A DNA stretch of 64,000 nt from Rebecca billardiae RCC1528 (GCA_965240325.2 OZ251240.1:1364001-1428000), one strand, 5' to 3'; counted from the first letter of the stretch, positions 10,900 through 22,919 are shown. Notes: generated by a model from the sequence alone, not told the origin. Program-made: numbers and translations.

Positions 10900-13160
10900 T
10901 CAGCGTCACTGCATTGCGCGCGCCTTCCGCCCAGGCCCCTCGCGCGTGCAGCACCGAGCTGATAGCTGCATCCACCGCCGCCCGCCCGCCGTGGCGCCAT
11001 CCCTGATGCTGCAGCCGCACTCAGCGCGCCAGGGCGCAGGCGCAGCAGCATCGGATGGGAGCGTCTCCAGCGCGCCAGGCGAGGCGAGAGGCGTCAGCGC
11101 GCTCAATGCGCCCGCCGCCCAGGGCCCTCACGCGCACACCGCCGAGCTTTCAGCTCTAGAGACCACCGTCGCCCACCGTAGCACGATCCCTGCTGCTGCC
11201 GCCGCACGCGGCGCGGAGTCGAGCGCAGCCGCTGCTGCCCAAGCTGGGCGCGGGCGCAGCAGCGTCGGATGGCAGCGGCTCGAGCGCCATGGGCGAGGCG
11301 AGCAGCGGCACCGCGCTCGGTGCGCCCACCGCCCACGCCCCTCGGGCGTGCACCGCCGAGCTTCCAGCTCCGTCGACCGCCGCCGCCCGCCGTGGCACCA
11401 TCCCTGCTGCTGCTGCCGCACGCGGCGCGGAGTCGAGCGCTGCTGCTGCTGCCACGGCTGGGCGCGGGCGCAGCAGCACCGGATGGTAGCGGCTCCAGCG
11501 CGATGGGCGAGGCGAGCAGCGTCACGGCGCTCGGTGCGTCCAGCGCCCACGCCCCTCGGGCGTGCACCGCCGAGCTTCCAGCTACGACGACCGCCGCCGC
11601 CCGCCGTGGCACCATCCCTGCTGCTGCCGCCGCACGCGGCGCGGAGTCGAGCGCTGCTGCTGCTGCCACGGCTGGGCGCGGGCGCAGCAGCACCGGATGG
11701 TAGCGGCTCCAGCGCGATGGGCGAGGCGAGCAGCGTCACGGCGCTCGGTGCGTCCAGCGCCCACGCCCCTCGGGCGTGCACCGCCGAGCTTCCAGCTACG
11801 ACGACCGCCGCCGCCCGCCGTGGCACCATCCCTGCTGCTGCCGCCGCACGCGGCGCGGAGTCGAGCGCTGCTGCTGCTGCCCAAGCTGGGCGCGGGCGCA
11901 GCAGCACCGGATGGCAGCGGCTCCAGCGCGATGGGCGAGGCGAGCAGCGTCACGGCGCTCGGTGCGTCCAGCGCCTATGCCCCTCGGGCGTGAACCGCCG
12001 AGCTGACAGCTGCGTCGACCGCCGCCGCCCGCCGTGGCACCATCCCTGCTGCTGCCGCCGCACGCGGCGCGGAGTCGAGCGCTGCTGCTGCTGCCACGGC
12101 TGGGCGCGGGCGCAGTAGCACCGGATGGCAGCGGCTCCAGCGCGATGGGCGAGGCGAGCAGCGTCACGGCGCTCGGTGCGTCCAGCGCCCACGCCCCTTG
12201 GGCGTGCACCGCCGAGCTTCCAGCTACGTCGACCGCCGCCGCCCGCCGTGGCACCATCCCTGCTGCTGCCGCCGCACGCGGCGCGGAGTCGAGCGCTGCT
12301 GCTGCTGCCACGGCTGGGCGCGGGCGCAGCAGCGTCGGATGGCAGCGGCTCCAGCGCCATGGGCGAGGCGAGCAGCGCCACGGCGCTCGGTACGCCCACC
12401 GCCCACGCCCCTCGGGCGTGCACCGCCGAGCTGACAGCTCCGTCGACCGCCGCCGCCCGCCGTGGCACCATCCCTGCTGCTGCCGCCGCACGCGGCGCGG
12501 AGTCGAGCGCTGCTGCTGCTGCCCGCGCGGGCGCAGCAGCACCGGATGGCAGCGGCTCCAGCGCGATGGGCGAGGCGAGCAGCGTCACGGCGCTCGATGC
12601 GCCCACCGCCCACGCCCCTCGGGCGTGCACCGCCGAGCTGACAGCTCCGTGGACCGCCGCCGCCCGCCGTGGCACCATCCCTGCTGCTGCTGCCGCACAC
12701 GGCGCGGAGTTGAGCGCAGCTGCTGATGCCCCGGCTGGGCGCGGGCGCAGCAGCACCGGATGGCAGCGGCTCCAGCGCGATGGTCGAGGCGAGCAGCGTC
12801 ACCGCGCTCGGTGCGTCCAGCGCCCACGCCCCTCGGGCGTGCACCGCCGAGCTGACAGCTACGTCGACCGCCGCCGCCCGCCGTGGCACCATCCCTGCCG
12901 CTGCCCGCGGCGGGGAGTTGAGCGCAGCTGCTGCTGCCCAAGCTGGGCGCAGGCACAGCAGCACCAGATGGCGACGCCTCCAGCGCGCTGGGCAGTGCCG
13001 TGGGCGCATCGAACAGCGTCACCGTGCTCGGCGCGTCCGTCGTCCAGGCCCGTCGAACCAGTGACACCAAGCTGTCAGCCGCGGCGACCGCCGTCATCCG
13101 CGCAGGACCATCCCAGCGGCCCAGCTGCTGCCGCCGCGTGCGGCGTAGAGTCGAGCGCCC
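10900..13160 (-). repeat. 214-bp tandem repeat array in inverted orientation (~11 units)
   Basis: GGCACCATCCCTGC recurs at about 11180, 11394, 11608 ... 12885. It is the reverse complement of the left array unit. Confidence 0.95.
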
Positions 13161-13328
13161 CTCATCCTGCCTGCAGCGTGGGGCGCAGGTGTTTGAAGCA
13201 GCACCGGGCGGTTGGTCCTGCGCTCCTGGGCACGGCTATGCACCTGTTGGGCTCATGGATGCGGGGGAATGCCAGCGCCCGCCATGCGTGCTCAGTCTAT
13301 CAGCCTCACTGAGCAGAGCAGCACCTGA

Positions 13329-15017
13329 CATCTGCTCACACAGCTGTGGCGCTGCCGTCTCCTTGCTGTCACGCGCAGAGCAAGTCGAGAAGTGTCTGGC
13401 GACCACCGATGCCAGTGCTGCGCCGACAGGTAGATGTCCACCACCCGGCCGCGCCCGTAGCATGGGCGATGGTGAGATGAGTGCAGCACAGCGCACAGCT
13501 ACGAGCAAGGGTGACGTGCGACGGTGTGGAGGCACGCGTGCTGGCGGCATGCTCCGAGCCCCGTGCTGCGTGCCCCCGGCTGCTTCTCGCCCTTGGTCGT
13601 CTCCTCGTCGATGCCCTCCTCCCCCGTACGCGTGAGCTCTGCGACGCCATCGGGCCAGCCCACCAGCGAACCGTGGGCGTGGCGCCCCGGCTGACGGCTG
13701 GCTGCCATCGCAAGCCACACACGCCTGCACTCGACAACTGGGCCGCCTGAGCCCTGTTGCCGCGTGCACGGCCACATTGTCAAGATCACTACGTACTGTT
13801 GAACCAAGTGTGCACGTTAAATCTTACTACGTACTGTATCATAGTAAACTGTAGATCAGTACAGTACTTCCTTGCCATGGAACTTGAGCTCGGTGGGCGC
13901 CCACGCCCCACGCGGCGAGGGCGACGACGGGCGTACACGGGGCCTGCGGCGGCGGGAAGCGCGCGGACGCGGCCGAGAACATCACGGTCCGGACGCCTCT
14001 CGCCAGCCGCGGACACGCACCGCGCCTCCTCCTTGCAGTTGCACGCTGCTACTTCATCTCGGCCGCCACACGGTGGTTTTGCTGCCGACCGGCTCAAGTT
14101 CCACGGCTGGTCACGATTGGGCGTGCGACCTCGCCACTGGTGCTTGCAAGAAGGTACACGAGTTGGTTGAACTCCCGCGCACCCGCTCTGCGCTCGTCGA
14201 CGCCTTCTGACGGTGACTCGGGGTGCATGCGGGGCAGTGGAATGCAGTGGGTCCGGGCATTGACTCCCAGTCGTCCAGAGCGCAGGCCGCGTAGCGCGGA
14301 TGTGGTGCGCACATGGCCCGGTAATGCGGTCGCGCCATGTCTGACTGGTCTGCCCAAGGCCTGCGGCACCGCGAAACGAGCGCTCGGGAGCGCGTGACGA
14401 GCGTGCCAGCCACGTCGAGGTGGGCCACTTCGCTGGGAAATGTGCCGAGGCTCAAGTTCCACCGAACGCTCCGTACACCAAAGCCCAAGCCCACCAAGGG
14501 CGTTGGTTGGTTGGTCCAACTATCAGCAGACCATCCGATTCCATCCAACCGCAACAGCACTCGCCGCCGCCGGTGATGGGCGGTTGCCGGGGCGCGCGCC
14601 GTCAACGGGCGTCCGAGGCGCTGCGCACGCGTGCATGCCGGTAGCAGGTGCGGAGACGGCGACGACGAGCGAAGCGCGCGAGGTGGAGAGGGGCGCAGTA
14701 GCTTCCAACAGCAGCGCCACCGGGCGCGCCGCCGTCGCGCGCACCGCAGCGCCCGCAGCGCCTTTACGCCGTCGGTGCGCCCCAAGGCACCCCCATCACC
14801 GGTGTCCACCAACGATCAACTCAACAGACCAGGGCTCTGTCGAGAGGCCGCCAACGTCCGACCGACTCAACAGAGCATTCTTCTGTCGAGTCCAGCTGGC
14901 CTCCAAGCTCAACTCAACAGAGCCTGGGCCCTGTTGTCGAGCCCACCCCCCCCCCTCGCCGATCGGCCAACTCAACAGAACATCCTTCTGTTGAGTTGGC
15001 CGAAAAGCGCCAAACCG
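13329..15017 (-). repeat. Long inverted repeat, right arm (~1.7 kb)
   Basis: Reverse complement of 4698-6392 with only a handful of substitutions and small indels. Confidence 0.97.
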
Positions 15018-15295
15018 TATTGACGAGCGACGAGAAAAATCGGGAGAAATGAGGCGCCCAAAATCCGAAAAAAGGCTTTTTCAGTGGCGAAAATCGGGAT
15101 GGACCAGGCTATTATCGAGTATTCGATATATAAGTAGACCGTGAGTGTGATAATGACTCAGCCCGGCGCCGGCGGCCGACGAGTAACTAGGGCGGCGCGG
15201 GACCGGCGGCGGACGACGCCAGAATGTCGACTTCATATGTCGAGAATAAATATATATCGATCTGCTGCTCGGCGACTGCTCGACGTCACTCACCG

Positions 15296-17017
15296 TAGGG
15301 GGGCCAAAGTGGCACTGTAGCGTTACTGACGGCCACGAGCGCGGGTCCTAGCGAGTGTTTAGAGCTGATTTCGGGCTGGATAATCATTTGCCCTCTGGAG
15401 GGGTCTGGGCCGGCCATGGAAAAAAATCAGGTGCACATACCCTGAATATAGGGCGTAACGGCTAGTATATTTACTTATTAGAATGAGCCTGAACTTATTG
15501 GAAACGGCATGTAACGGTCGTCCTATATGTGACATATAGACCATGTCGACCTCACTTTGATAGAGCATCTCAGCGAGATCGTTCTGAGTCCCCAGCAGCA
15601 GCAGGTCCCAACATGCGATATAGGCTGTGTACTGGCAGGCTGTCAAATATGTAGTTTCCTAGAAGCCACCGATCGTTACATACCCACTGTGTATATAGGC
15701 GCCGCCATGCTGATGAATACAGCCTCGTCTGATCTCGAGCTGCGAGATACGTTTTCAGACTGTGTATACGGCCACGCGTACGGCGTATTGCAGACATAGT
15801 AGACCCAAAGCACCGGCCCCACGTCCTTAGCCCGGGAGTGCTCTCGGTCATAGTCAAGGTTTAAAGTGACTCGAGCCAACCGTCACCGCTCCCTGGCCGA
15901 GACCTACGAGGCAGGTCAAATCTGTCGTCGTCGCAGTGCGGCACAGTGCCGAGCATGCGATTCGGCAGCAAACGTCTGCTCCAGGCGGTGGCTGGCGTGT
16001 CTGCACCAAACCAGGCTGGATGGGATTGGTCCATATAGGTACGCACTACCCTGTTCCGCGCTATTTCTGGGCTTAGGGGCGGATATTCGGCCTACAGAGG
16101 CTGATCCGGCGCTGTTCGGCGCTCCTGGCTGGCTGCGCGGAGCCCAACGGCAAGCGCCGGCGTGTGCAAGGTGTCAAGATTGAGACGGTCTCTGACGCTC
16201 CCGCCGGTCTTGGGCGCACCAGGGTGCATGAGGGCCCATCTGCATCTGCTTCTGCAGGCATGAGCGTCACAGGGGCGCGCTTGCAGGCACGGTCGAGTGC
16301 ACGTCGGACCTGTCGAATGAGCCAACCGCTGCCTGCGAGCACGTCCGCGACGTCCTGAGAGGCGAATGGGAGGCGCCCAGACGCCATCAGAGGGCACACG
16401 TGACCCATACCCAACGTACTGACCATCGCAAGTGCCACGGCAGGTGCAAACACGGGCCCTACAAGCGGAACATGACGGTTGCGAGCTCCGCGGAGGTGTT
16501 GCGCGCGAGCTCGCGCCGGTCTGCTGACGGCGATTCCGGCGCAGCAGGGCAGGTTAGGCGAGCTGGGCATCCACATACATACATGGGCACTTGGTGCGAG
16601 CATCGATCTCAACTGTGCGAGTTGATCATGAGCCACACCGTGCGGTAGCGTGACGGGCGCACGCAGCGCGCCAATTCAAGCCGGCCGACGCGCGCCGCGC
16701 ACGGCGCGAGATGGCCAAGAAGCGGGTGGTGAGCCGCTGGTGGCGCAAAGGCACGGGTCAGTAGCGCCCACCAGCGTCACGCGCGCGCGCACCCGAGACC
16801 ATCTCGGCGTCTCAAAGGTCGCGAGCGCGCGGCGGTCCACTGCCTCCGGCCGCTCGCGCTGGAGCGGAACCGAGCTCTGAGCGTCCGAAGGCGTGAAGCT
16901 CGATTTTCGAGCGGGGTCCGAGAAAAAGGCTCCGCGCCACCCTAAAAGGCCGAGGGCGGAGCGAAAATGCGACGCGACTTTGCTTTTCATTTTTAAATGG
17001 GCGGTTTGGCCCCCCTA
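15296..17017. mobile_element. 1.7-kb non-autonomous DNA transposon (13-bp TIR, 7-bp TSD)
   Basis: TIR TAGGGGGGCCAAA at 15296-15308 and TTTGGCCCCCCTA at 17005-17017, flanked by the direct repeat CTCACCG (15289-15295 and 17018-17024). Confidence 0.85.
15542..15870 (+). pseudogene. Possible decayed hAT-like transposase fragment
   Basis: 'IVLSPQQQQV..DIGCVL..CSFLEATDRYIPTV' resembles the hAT 'LxxxxW..VLxP...TxxLE..YPT' helix region. A downstream in-frame '*SRFK' could be a decayed DPRFK. Stop codons are present. The match is by eye only. Confidence 0.3.
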
Positions 17018-17095
17018 CTCACCGTACTGCCGTAGTCATGTACGATCACCGAACGAAGAGTGGTGGCGTGCGCGGCGACAACGCACACATACCGG

Positions 17096-17862
17096 CTAAG
17101 CATGGCTGCTACCCACGCGCCGACGGCGAGCGGCGCGCGTCGTCACGACCAGCGCCCCAGCCGCCGCCGAGAGCACCACCACGAGCGCGAGCACGCCCGC
17201 AGCCATGCCCATGGCCGCCGGGAGTGCCGGTGTGATGAGCTGCTCGGCCGACGACGCGGCGGGGCCGCTCAGCCAGGACGACGACGGCGTGCCGGCCGCG
17301 AGCTCGGGGCCGTCTTGCAGGTCGCCGTCCCACGGCGCGGCGAGGGCGCGGCCGTGCATGCGGGTCTTGACCATGGTCCTTGCGGCGGATGCGACGATCT
17401 GCGTACGACGCGCGAGGGGCCGGCAGCGCGCGGTGGGCGGCAGCAGGGCTCAGCAGTGCGCGCAGAGCCGCGGCGGCGCGGCGCGCCGAAGCAGGCGCTG
17501 GCACGCGCACGGCGCGGTGGACGCTCTCTCGCCCACCCCGCCAGGCGCGGCGCGCGCGCACCGCGTAGAAGCACAAGGCCCTGCACACTTCCAGTGGAGG
17601 CGGCGACGGCGGCGGCGGTGGTGGTGACGGCGGCGGTGACGGCGGCGGCGGCGGTGGTGATGGCGGCGGCGACGGCGGTGGAGAGGGCGGCGGTGGTGGC
17701 GGTGGCGGCGGTGGTGACGGCGGCGGCAACGGCGGTGGAGAGGGCGGCGGCGGCGGCGGCGGTGACGGCGGCGGCGAGGGAGGCGGCGGGGGCGGCGGCG
17801 AGGGTGGCGGCGAGGGTGGCGGTGGCGGCGGCGGCGAGGGCGGCGGCGAGGGCGGCGGTGAG

Positions 17863-17895
<33 letters not shown>

Positions 17896-18164
17896 GAGGG
17901 TGGCGGCGGCGGCGGCGGCGTGGGCGGCGGCGGCGAGGGCGGCGGCGAGGGCGGCGGCGGCGGCGGCGGCAACGGCGGCGGCGGCGACGGCGGCGGCGAC
18001 GGTGGTGGTGGGGGCGGCGATGGCGGGGGCGAGGGCGGCTCCGGCGGTGGCGGCGGTGAGGGTGGCGGTGAGGGCGGGGGTGGGGGCGGGGGATCAGCAA
18101 AAGAAGCCGCTGCCGACGCCAGCAGAATCATCACGAGCGCGACGACACCATGGGCATGCCGCAT
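17096..18164 (-). CDS. Ser-Pro-rich extensin/pherophorin-like membrane glycoprotein (exons 18164-17562 and 17398-17096)
   Basis: Signal peptide MRHAHGVVALVMILLASAAASFA, a long (S-Pn) tract, intron 17561(GTGCGC)-17399(CGCAG) and a C-terminal TM helix 'AAGVLALVVVLSAAAGALVV' followed by RRRR. Confidence 0.8.
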
Positions 18165-18650
18165 GCCGCCGGTGGGGCACGCTGATTCCGACAAAAGATG
18201 GGCACGCACGTGCGCAACCCCAAACGCGCCTGTGAAGGACAAGGCTGATAAGTAATTAAGTATGGATAGATATGACTGGGTATACGTCCAATAGCCATTG
18301 AATGACGATATGTTTTCATAACTTCTCGCGCCGGTGCGCAATACCTGCGGCTTGTCGCCCACGAAGCTTCATCGAGCTTCGCCTGGCTGCGCACCAGCCC
18401 ATTATTGTAGATGGAGCCGATCGGCGATCATCTTTTGTTTGACGCCCATTCGCTCGTCGCTCGATCGTCGTCAGCATGTATTGTTGATGCGATGTATCAT
18501 CGGCCAATTGTCATGAGTACCAGCGGATCATTTGTTTCACGCCTTGCGCTCGATCGTCGTCGGCGGGTATTTTAGGGTAAGCGCTTGCTGTCGTACGGTG
18601 GTATCAGACTTATGATGCGGAGGTTAATGGACTGGTAGAATTGTCTGATC

Positions 18651-19379
18651 GTGCGCGCGATGCGCGCGGCGCGCGGGCTGGCCAACGGCACGCCGGGCAT
18701 CGCCGACAGCCTGTGCTTTCACAGCGGCGTCGTGCCCGACGCGGTGCTCGAGGCGTGGCGCGCGAACACGTACGCAGAGCTCGAGATCGCGCCGCCGCTC
18801 TCCGTGAACGTGCGCGTCGGCGGCGACGTCGACGACGAGGGCAACGTGGAGCCGTGCTCGTGGCACGGCATCGATCTGAACGTCGCGTACGAGGTCGAGC
18901 GCGTCGCGGTGGGCGCCGTCGAGCGCGGCGTGCCGGTCGTGCCGGTGACGTGCAGGGCCAACAAGCGCGAGGTGAAGCTCTACTCGCTGTGCGCGGCGCA
19001 GATGGGCGCGCCCGACAGCTTGCGCGTGCGCACGCACTCGTGCATGCCGGCCTTCGCCATGACGGACTACGGCGCGCAGGGGCGCACGTTCGACCGCATC
19101 ATCATGTCGATTTGCGAGCGGCCGCGCGTCTCCCCCGCCATGTCGATGAGCTCCCTGTACGTGATCGTCTCGCGGCCGCGCACGGGCGATGGCCTGCGCG
19201 TGCTGCAGCACGACGGGCGCGCGTTCGAGCGCCTCAAGACCATGCGCCACGACGAGTACGTGTGCGCGTGGGACGACGCGTACAACGAGCAGGGCGACTG
19301 GGAGGACGAGCGCGCGATCGCGGCGCTCGAGCGCGTGCGCGCACTCCGCCAGCCGGGCGGCGCGAACGCTGGGGCATGA
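18651..19379 (+). pseudogene. PIF1-like (Helitron-type) SF1B helicase, C-terminal half only
   Basis: Motifs 'GLANGT', 'PAFAMTDYGAQGRTFD' (motif V) and 'LYVIVSR' (motif VI). No Walker A/B region upstream. Confidence 0.7.
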
Positions 19380-19613
19380 TGATGATGCCACGACTGTCGA
19401 CACACAAGCGGGCCTCGACTGAGGCGAAATCCCGCCTGCTCGCCATCTAAGAGTTATAATAATCTCAATCGGCGCCCGTCGCCGCGCTGTGTTCGACCAG
19501 CCCCACCGGGACAAGGCCGCTAGGCCCCCGCTGTTTTAATGCGATATATCGCGTCCTTGGCCATCATTAATCAGGAACCCTGGATCCTCGTTGTTTATTA
19601 TTGTTGAGCTATC

Positions 19614-21590
19614 ATATGATTAAACTTTTCTGAGGATAGCGCACCAGCAAAATCCCTTGACCGCCATCCGGATTTTACGGAGGCCGCGTTTGGACGCAGA
19701 AACGCGCGATGGCGAGGCCCGCCCTCGCACCACCGCTCTCGCGAGATCGCGACCGTGCGACCTGCGGCGTTGCGCTCGACGCGCTCTTTCTGCTCGGAGG
19801 CCGCGAGGACTCCCAGGTGCGCCAGCTCGCGAGCGCGCACCTTCCTCCTCGCCGCGCTCGCCGAGCACAAGCCGATCTGCAGCAGATGTGCAAGGAGCCG
19901 CATGTGGCCTTCCTCGCGCGCGCGGCACGGCTGCACACGAAAATCGTTAGAGGGCACTTCTCCGCGCATTCTACATTTTGGGGAAAGAACGCCTGAACTG
20001 CACAGAAAGTGCCCTCTAACGCTTCCGCTCCTCGCCGTTGCGTGCACGCGCAAAGGAGCACTGCAAAGGGTGCGACTGGGAGCATTCCTTCTCCCGGGCG
20101 GCCACCACGGCCTCGGAGGTGGTGAGGAACGCGTCGGCGACCACGGCATGGACCACCTCCGTCGCGCCGGACACTCCGGTCGCCCCTCGCCGGACTCCAT
20201 CCTCGCTGCGCGCTGACCGTTTGCCGAGCGGGCTGCCCCCGCCGCCTGCCCGGCGTGTGCCCGCGTGGTGACACAAGATGGTCGAAGGCGTGGCAGCGCG
20301 GTGGTGCGTGCGATCGGGGGACCCCACCTGAGCTACGACACGGGCGCGCGCGCTCATCCGTGCTCATCACGGTGGTGCACGCGCGCGTCGCGCGCTCGTC
20401 GGCTGTCGCGCGCTGACGGCTGGGCTGCTTTGGGGTGTCGGCGGCGGCCACAGCTCGCTGGTACGGGCGCGATGGTGGCTGCGAGTGGTACGCGGCGTTG
20501 CACCAGGTCCATGTGCGTCACGCACGACGCTCGGCCGGCTCGCCCTCGGACCATTGGCTGAGTTCTACTCGCTGCGCGCGCCGCGCGCGGGAGCCGCTCG
20601 GCAGCTGCTCGAGGCGCAAAGTGCGCCCCGCGCGCTGAACGTGGGCACGACGAGGTGGTGCGGCGAGCGTGCGCGGGTGTGTGTGCGTGATGGGCACCCC
20701 CATTGCGCTACTTGCCATGCACATCTGCCTCTCGCCAAGCCTTCGACACGATTGCTGCAAGCGCTGCTCGGAGGCGCGCTCGCGGGCTCGCGCGCGTTTG
20801 AATCTGGGCTCGGCGGCGATCGCGTGGACGAGGAGCAGCGCGGTGCACGGTGGCGGAGCGCGTGCGGAGCGCAGCCTACACCTCCTACACGCTCAATCCA
20901 GACACATCGCGCATGCTCGCGCGACCTCCTCGGTCCATCACGTGCGCGTGCGCGCGCGAGCAGGTGTGCATTCGCCGGGCGCGTTCACGGCGCGCCGCGT
21001 TGGCGCGCGCGCACCGATACCCGTGCGCAGCTCGACGAGCGAGCGCGGTGTGTTTCGATGCGTATGGGGAGGCTCGAATTTACGCGCGCGCACGCGCCGG
21101 CCCTCGCCGCCCCTTCGCTCGCCCACGCCTCATCTGCGCGCTCGGCGTTTGCACGCAGCTGCTCATCCTTTCCAACACGTGCACAAACGAGCAGATAGCG
21201 CTGGGCGAGGTCGATTGGTGCGTCAGATATTCGGCAACGACCAGCCCCGCTCGTGTGCCGCCGCTCGTGCTACTCTTGACGACCACCTCTGGCTCGGTCG
21301 CGCGCACGAGGCTGCTCGCGGGCCCAATCGTGCCGTGTACCGTCAAGCTGTACCGTGCGCAGCGAGGCGCACTCAGACGTCCGCATGGGCTCGCATGCGA
21401 GGGCCCGGCAGTGCGACGCGTCGATGGAGCATGCTCCGGATACGCTTCGGCGCACTTCCCGACGCGCACGAGCCGCTCGAAGGCGCGGAAGGGCGCCCAA
21501 ACGGGGCAACCGCCATTTTGCGCCACTTCGGCCCGGATGGCGGTCAAGGGAAATTGCTGGTGCGCTATCCTCAGAAAAGTTTAATCATAT
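19614..21590. mobile_element. ~2-kb non-autonomous TIR element (~57-bp TIRs)
   Basis: ATATGATTAAACTTTTCTGAGGATAGCGCACCAGCAA..CCCTTGACCGCCATCCGG at 19614-19670 with its inverted copy ending at 21590 (2 mismatches). The outer ATAT or TA is a plausible TSD. Confidence 0.88.
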
Positions 21591-22919
21591 AGTAGTCTTT
21601 TTAGTTTGTCCGTTAATTGGTGAGCGGCCTTGCGGTCCGCGCGCGGCGCGCAGCGGCGGCCAGCGGCGGCGGCGCCGCCCGGCATCGTCTGGCCGCGCGA
21701 CCACGCCACTTTCTAGCCATGGCAAGCACGCTGGTGGATGCGGCCACCGGCACGCGCGGTGCTACAAGCCCGCGGCGAGCGGCAGTGGCGGCGCCGGCGG
21801 CAGCGCCGAGCGCGACGGGCTCAAGGCAGCGGGCGCGGCGCGACGCCGCCCAACGCGAGCAGGCGGGAGAGGCAGCGTGGCGCGCGGCGCCTCGTCCGTC
21901 GTGCGAGCCGCACCCGCCCTGCCAGCGCCCACCTCCGCCACGCCGGCCCCTCCCGCCGCAGCCTCGCCCGCCGGCTGCGCGCCCAGCTGCCCCAGCGCCG
22001 AGCGCGGCGCCGGGGCGCCGGGCGCGCAGCTTGCCAGCCAGCTCTGCGAGAGTACTCGCCACCGCGCTCGGCGCTCGGCCGTTAGCTGGACTGCAGCACG
22101 TTCTCGAGCGGCACGCCGCCTGCGCGGGCAGCGGCATTGAGCCACGCGTGCGCTGTGCTGTGCCCCGTGCACCCGGCGCACCCGCGGCCCCGCGGCCCGC
22201 GCGCACGGCGCACCGCGGACGCGAGCGTGCGCCGTGCGGACGCGCGCGCACGTGCGACGTGCGCACGAGCGAGGGCATGATGATTTGCGCGCAGCTTGGC
22301 AGTCGGGTCAACCTCACCGCCGACGCGAGCTAGATCTCGCAACTCGCGAGACGAGCATGAAGGCGGCCAAATCGCGCATGAGCACAGGGGTAGGGCCGCC
22401 CGCGCTTGTAGGCGGGAGGACGTCCGCGGGCTTCGCGCGCCTCGCCACAGCCCACAGCAGTACACGTCGCTTTGGGCTCCCCTGGCACTGCGCGCACGCG
22501 AGGGACATGCATGGGGAGGATACCACTACTCCTCCCGCTCCGTCGGGTCCCGTGGGCGGCCAGCCGCTCGCATGCCTACTCGGGATTCCCAGGCAACCGG
22601 ATTCAAGATGCACGTGCGCAGTCACAGTCGCCGCCACTGCCCACGTGCCGCGCCGCGCCGCATCACCACGCAGGGCGGTGTGCGTTCTTCCTGATCTGGC
22701 TGAAATGCTGCGCCACTCATGCTGACGACGATGGATATATAGCAGCGGAAATAAAAGCCTGCGCTAAGACTACGAAATCGAATGCGGCGGCCACCGGCAC
22801 CGGGTAGCCTGTGACACTATATTCCGTGACTCTGATACAGCAGTGACTACTGACCGTATGAGAGTAGGTCAGCATTACGACTGTCGCCACGGCCGCATTG
22901 GCACCAGCCGCCTGCGCTA

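Larger units (their letters stand above)
2837..15111. mobile_element. 12.3-kb non-autonomous foldback-type DNA transposon (12-bp TIR, 7-bp TSD)
   Basis: TIR TAGCCTGGTCCA at 2837-2848 and its reverse complement at 15100-15111, flanked by the direct repeat TTATCGA (2830-2836 and 15112-15118). No intact transposase ORF seen inside. Confidence 0.8.

Noticed and set aside
6492-13312. Long ORFs (up to 656 aa) across the 214-bp arrays
   Set aside because: The period is not divisible by 3, so the peptides cycle through all frames on both strands. These are stop-poor GC-rich repeats, not genes.
4698-15017. Pure assembly foldback artefact
   Set aside because: The arms carry distinct substitutions and indels, the arrays differ in length and variants, and the whole is bounded by a TIR/TSD pair. 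Read-level confirmation is still advisable.
19440-19530. Helitron 3' end (hairpin plus CTAG) downstream of the PIF1 fragment
   Set aside because: The CTAG at about 19520 is not followed by T and lacks a convincing hairpin at the expected distance.
21719-22333. ORF MASTLVDAATG... as a gene
   Set aside because: Low-complexity Arg/Ala/Pro sequence with no recognisable domain or splice structure.
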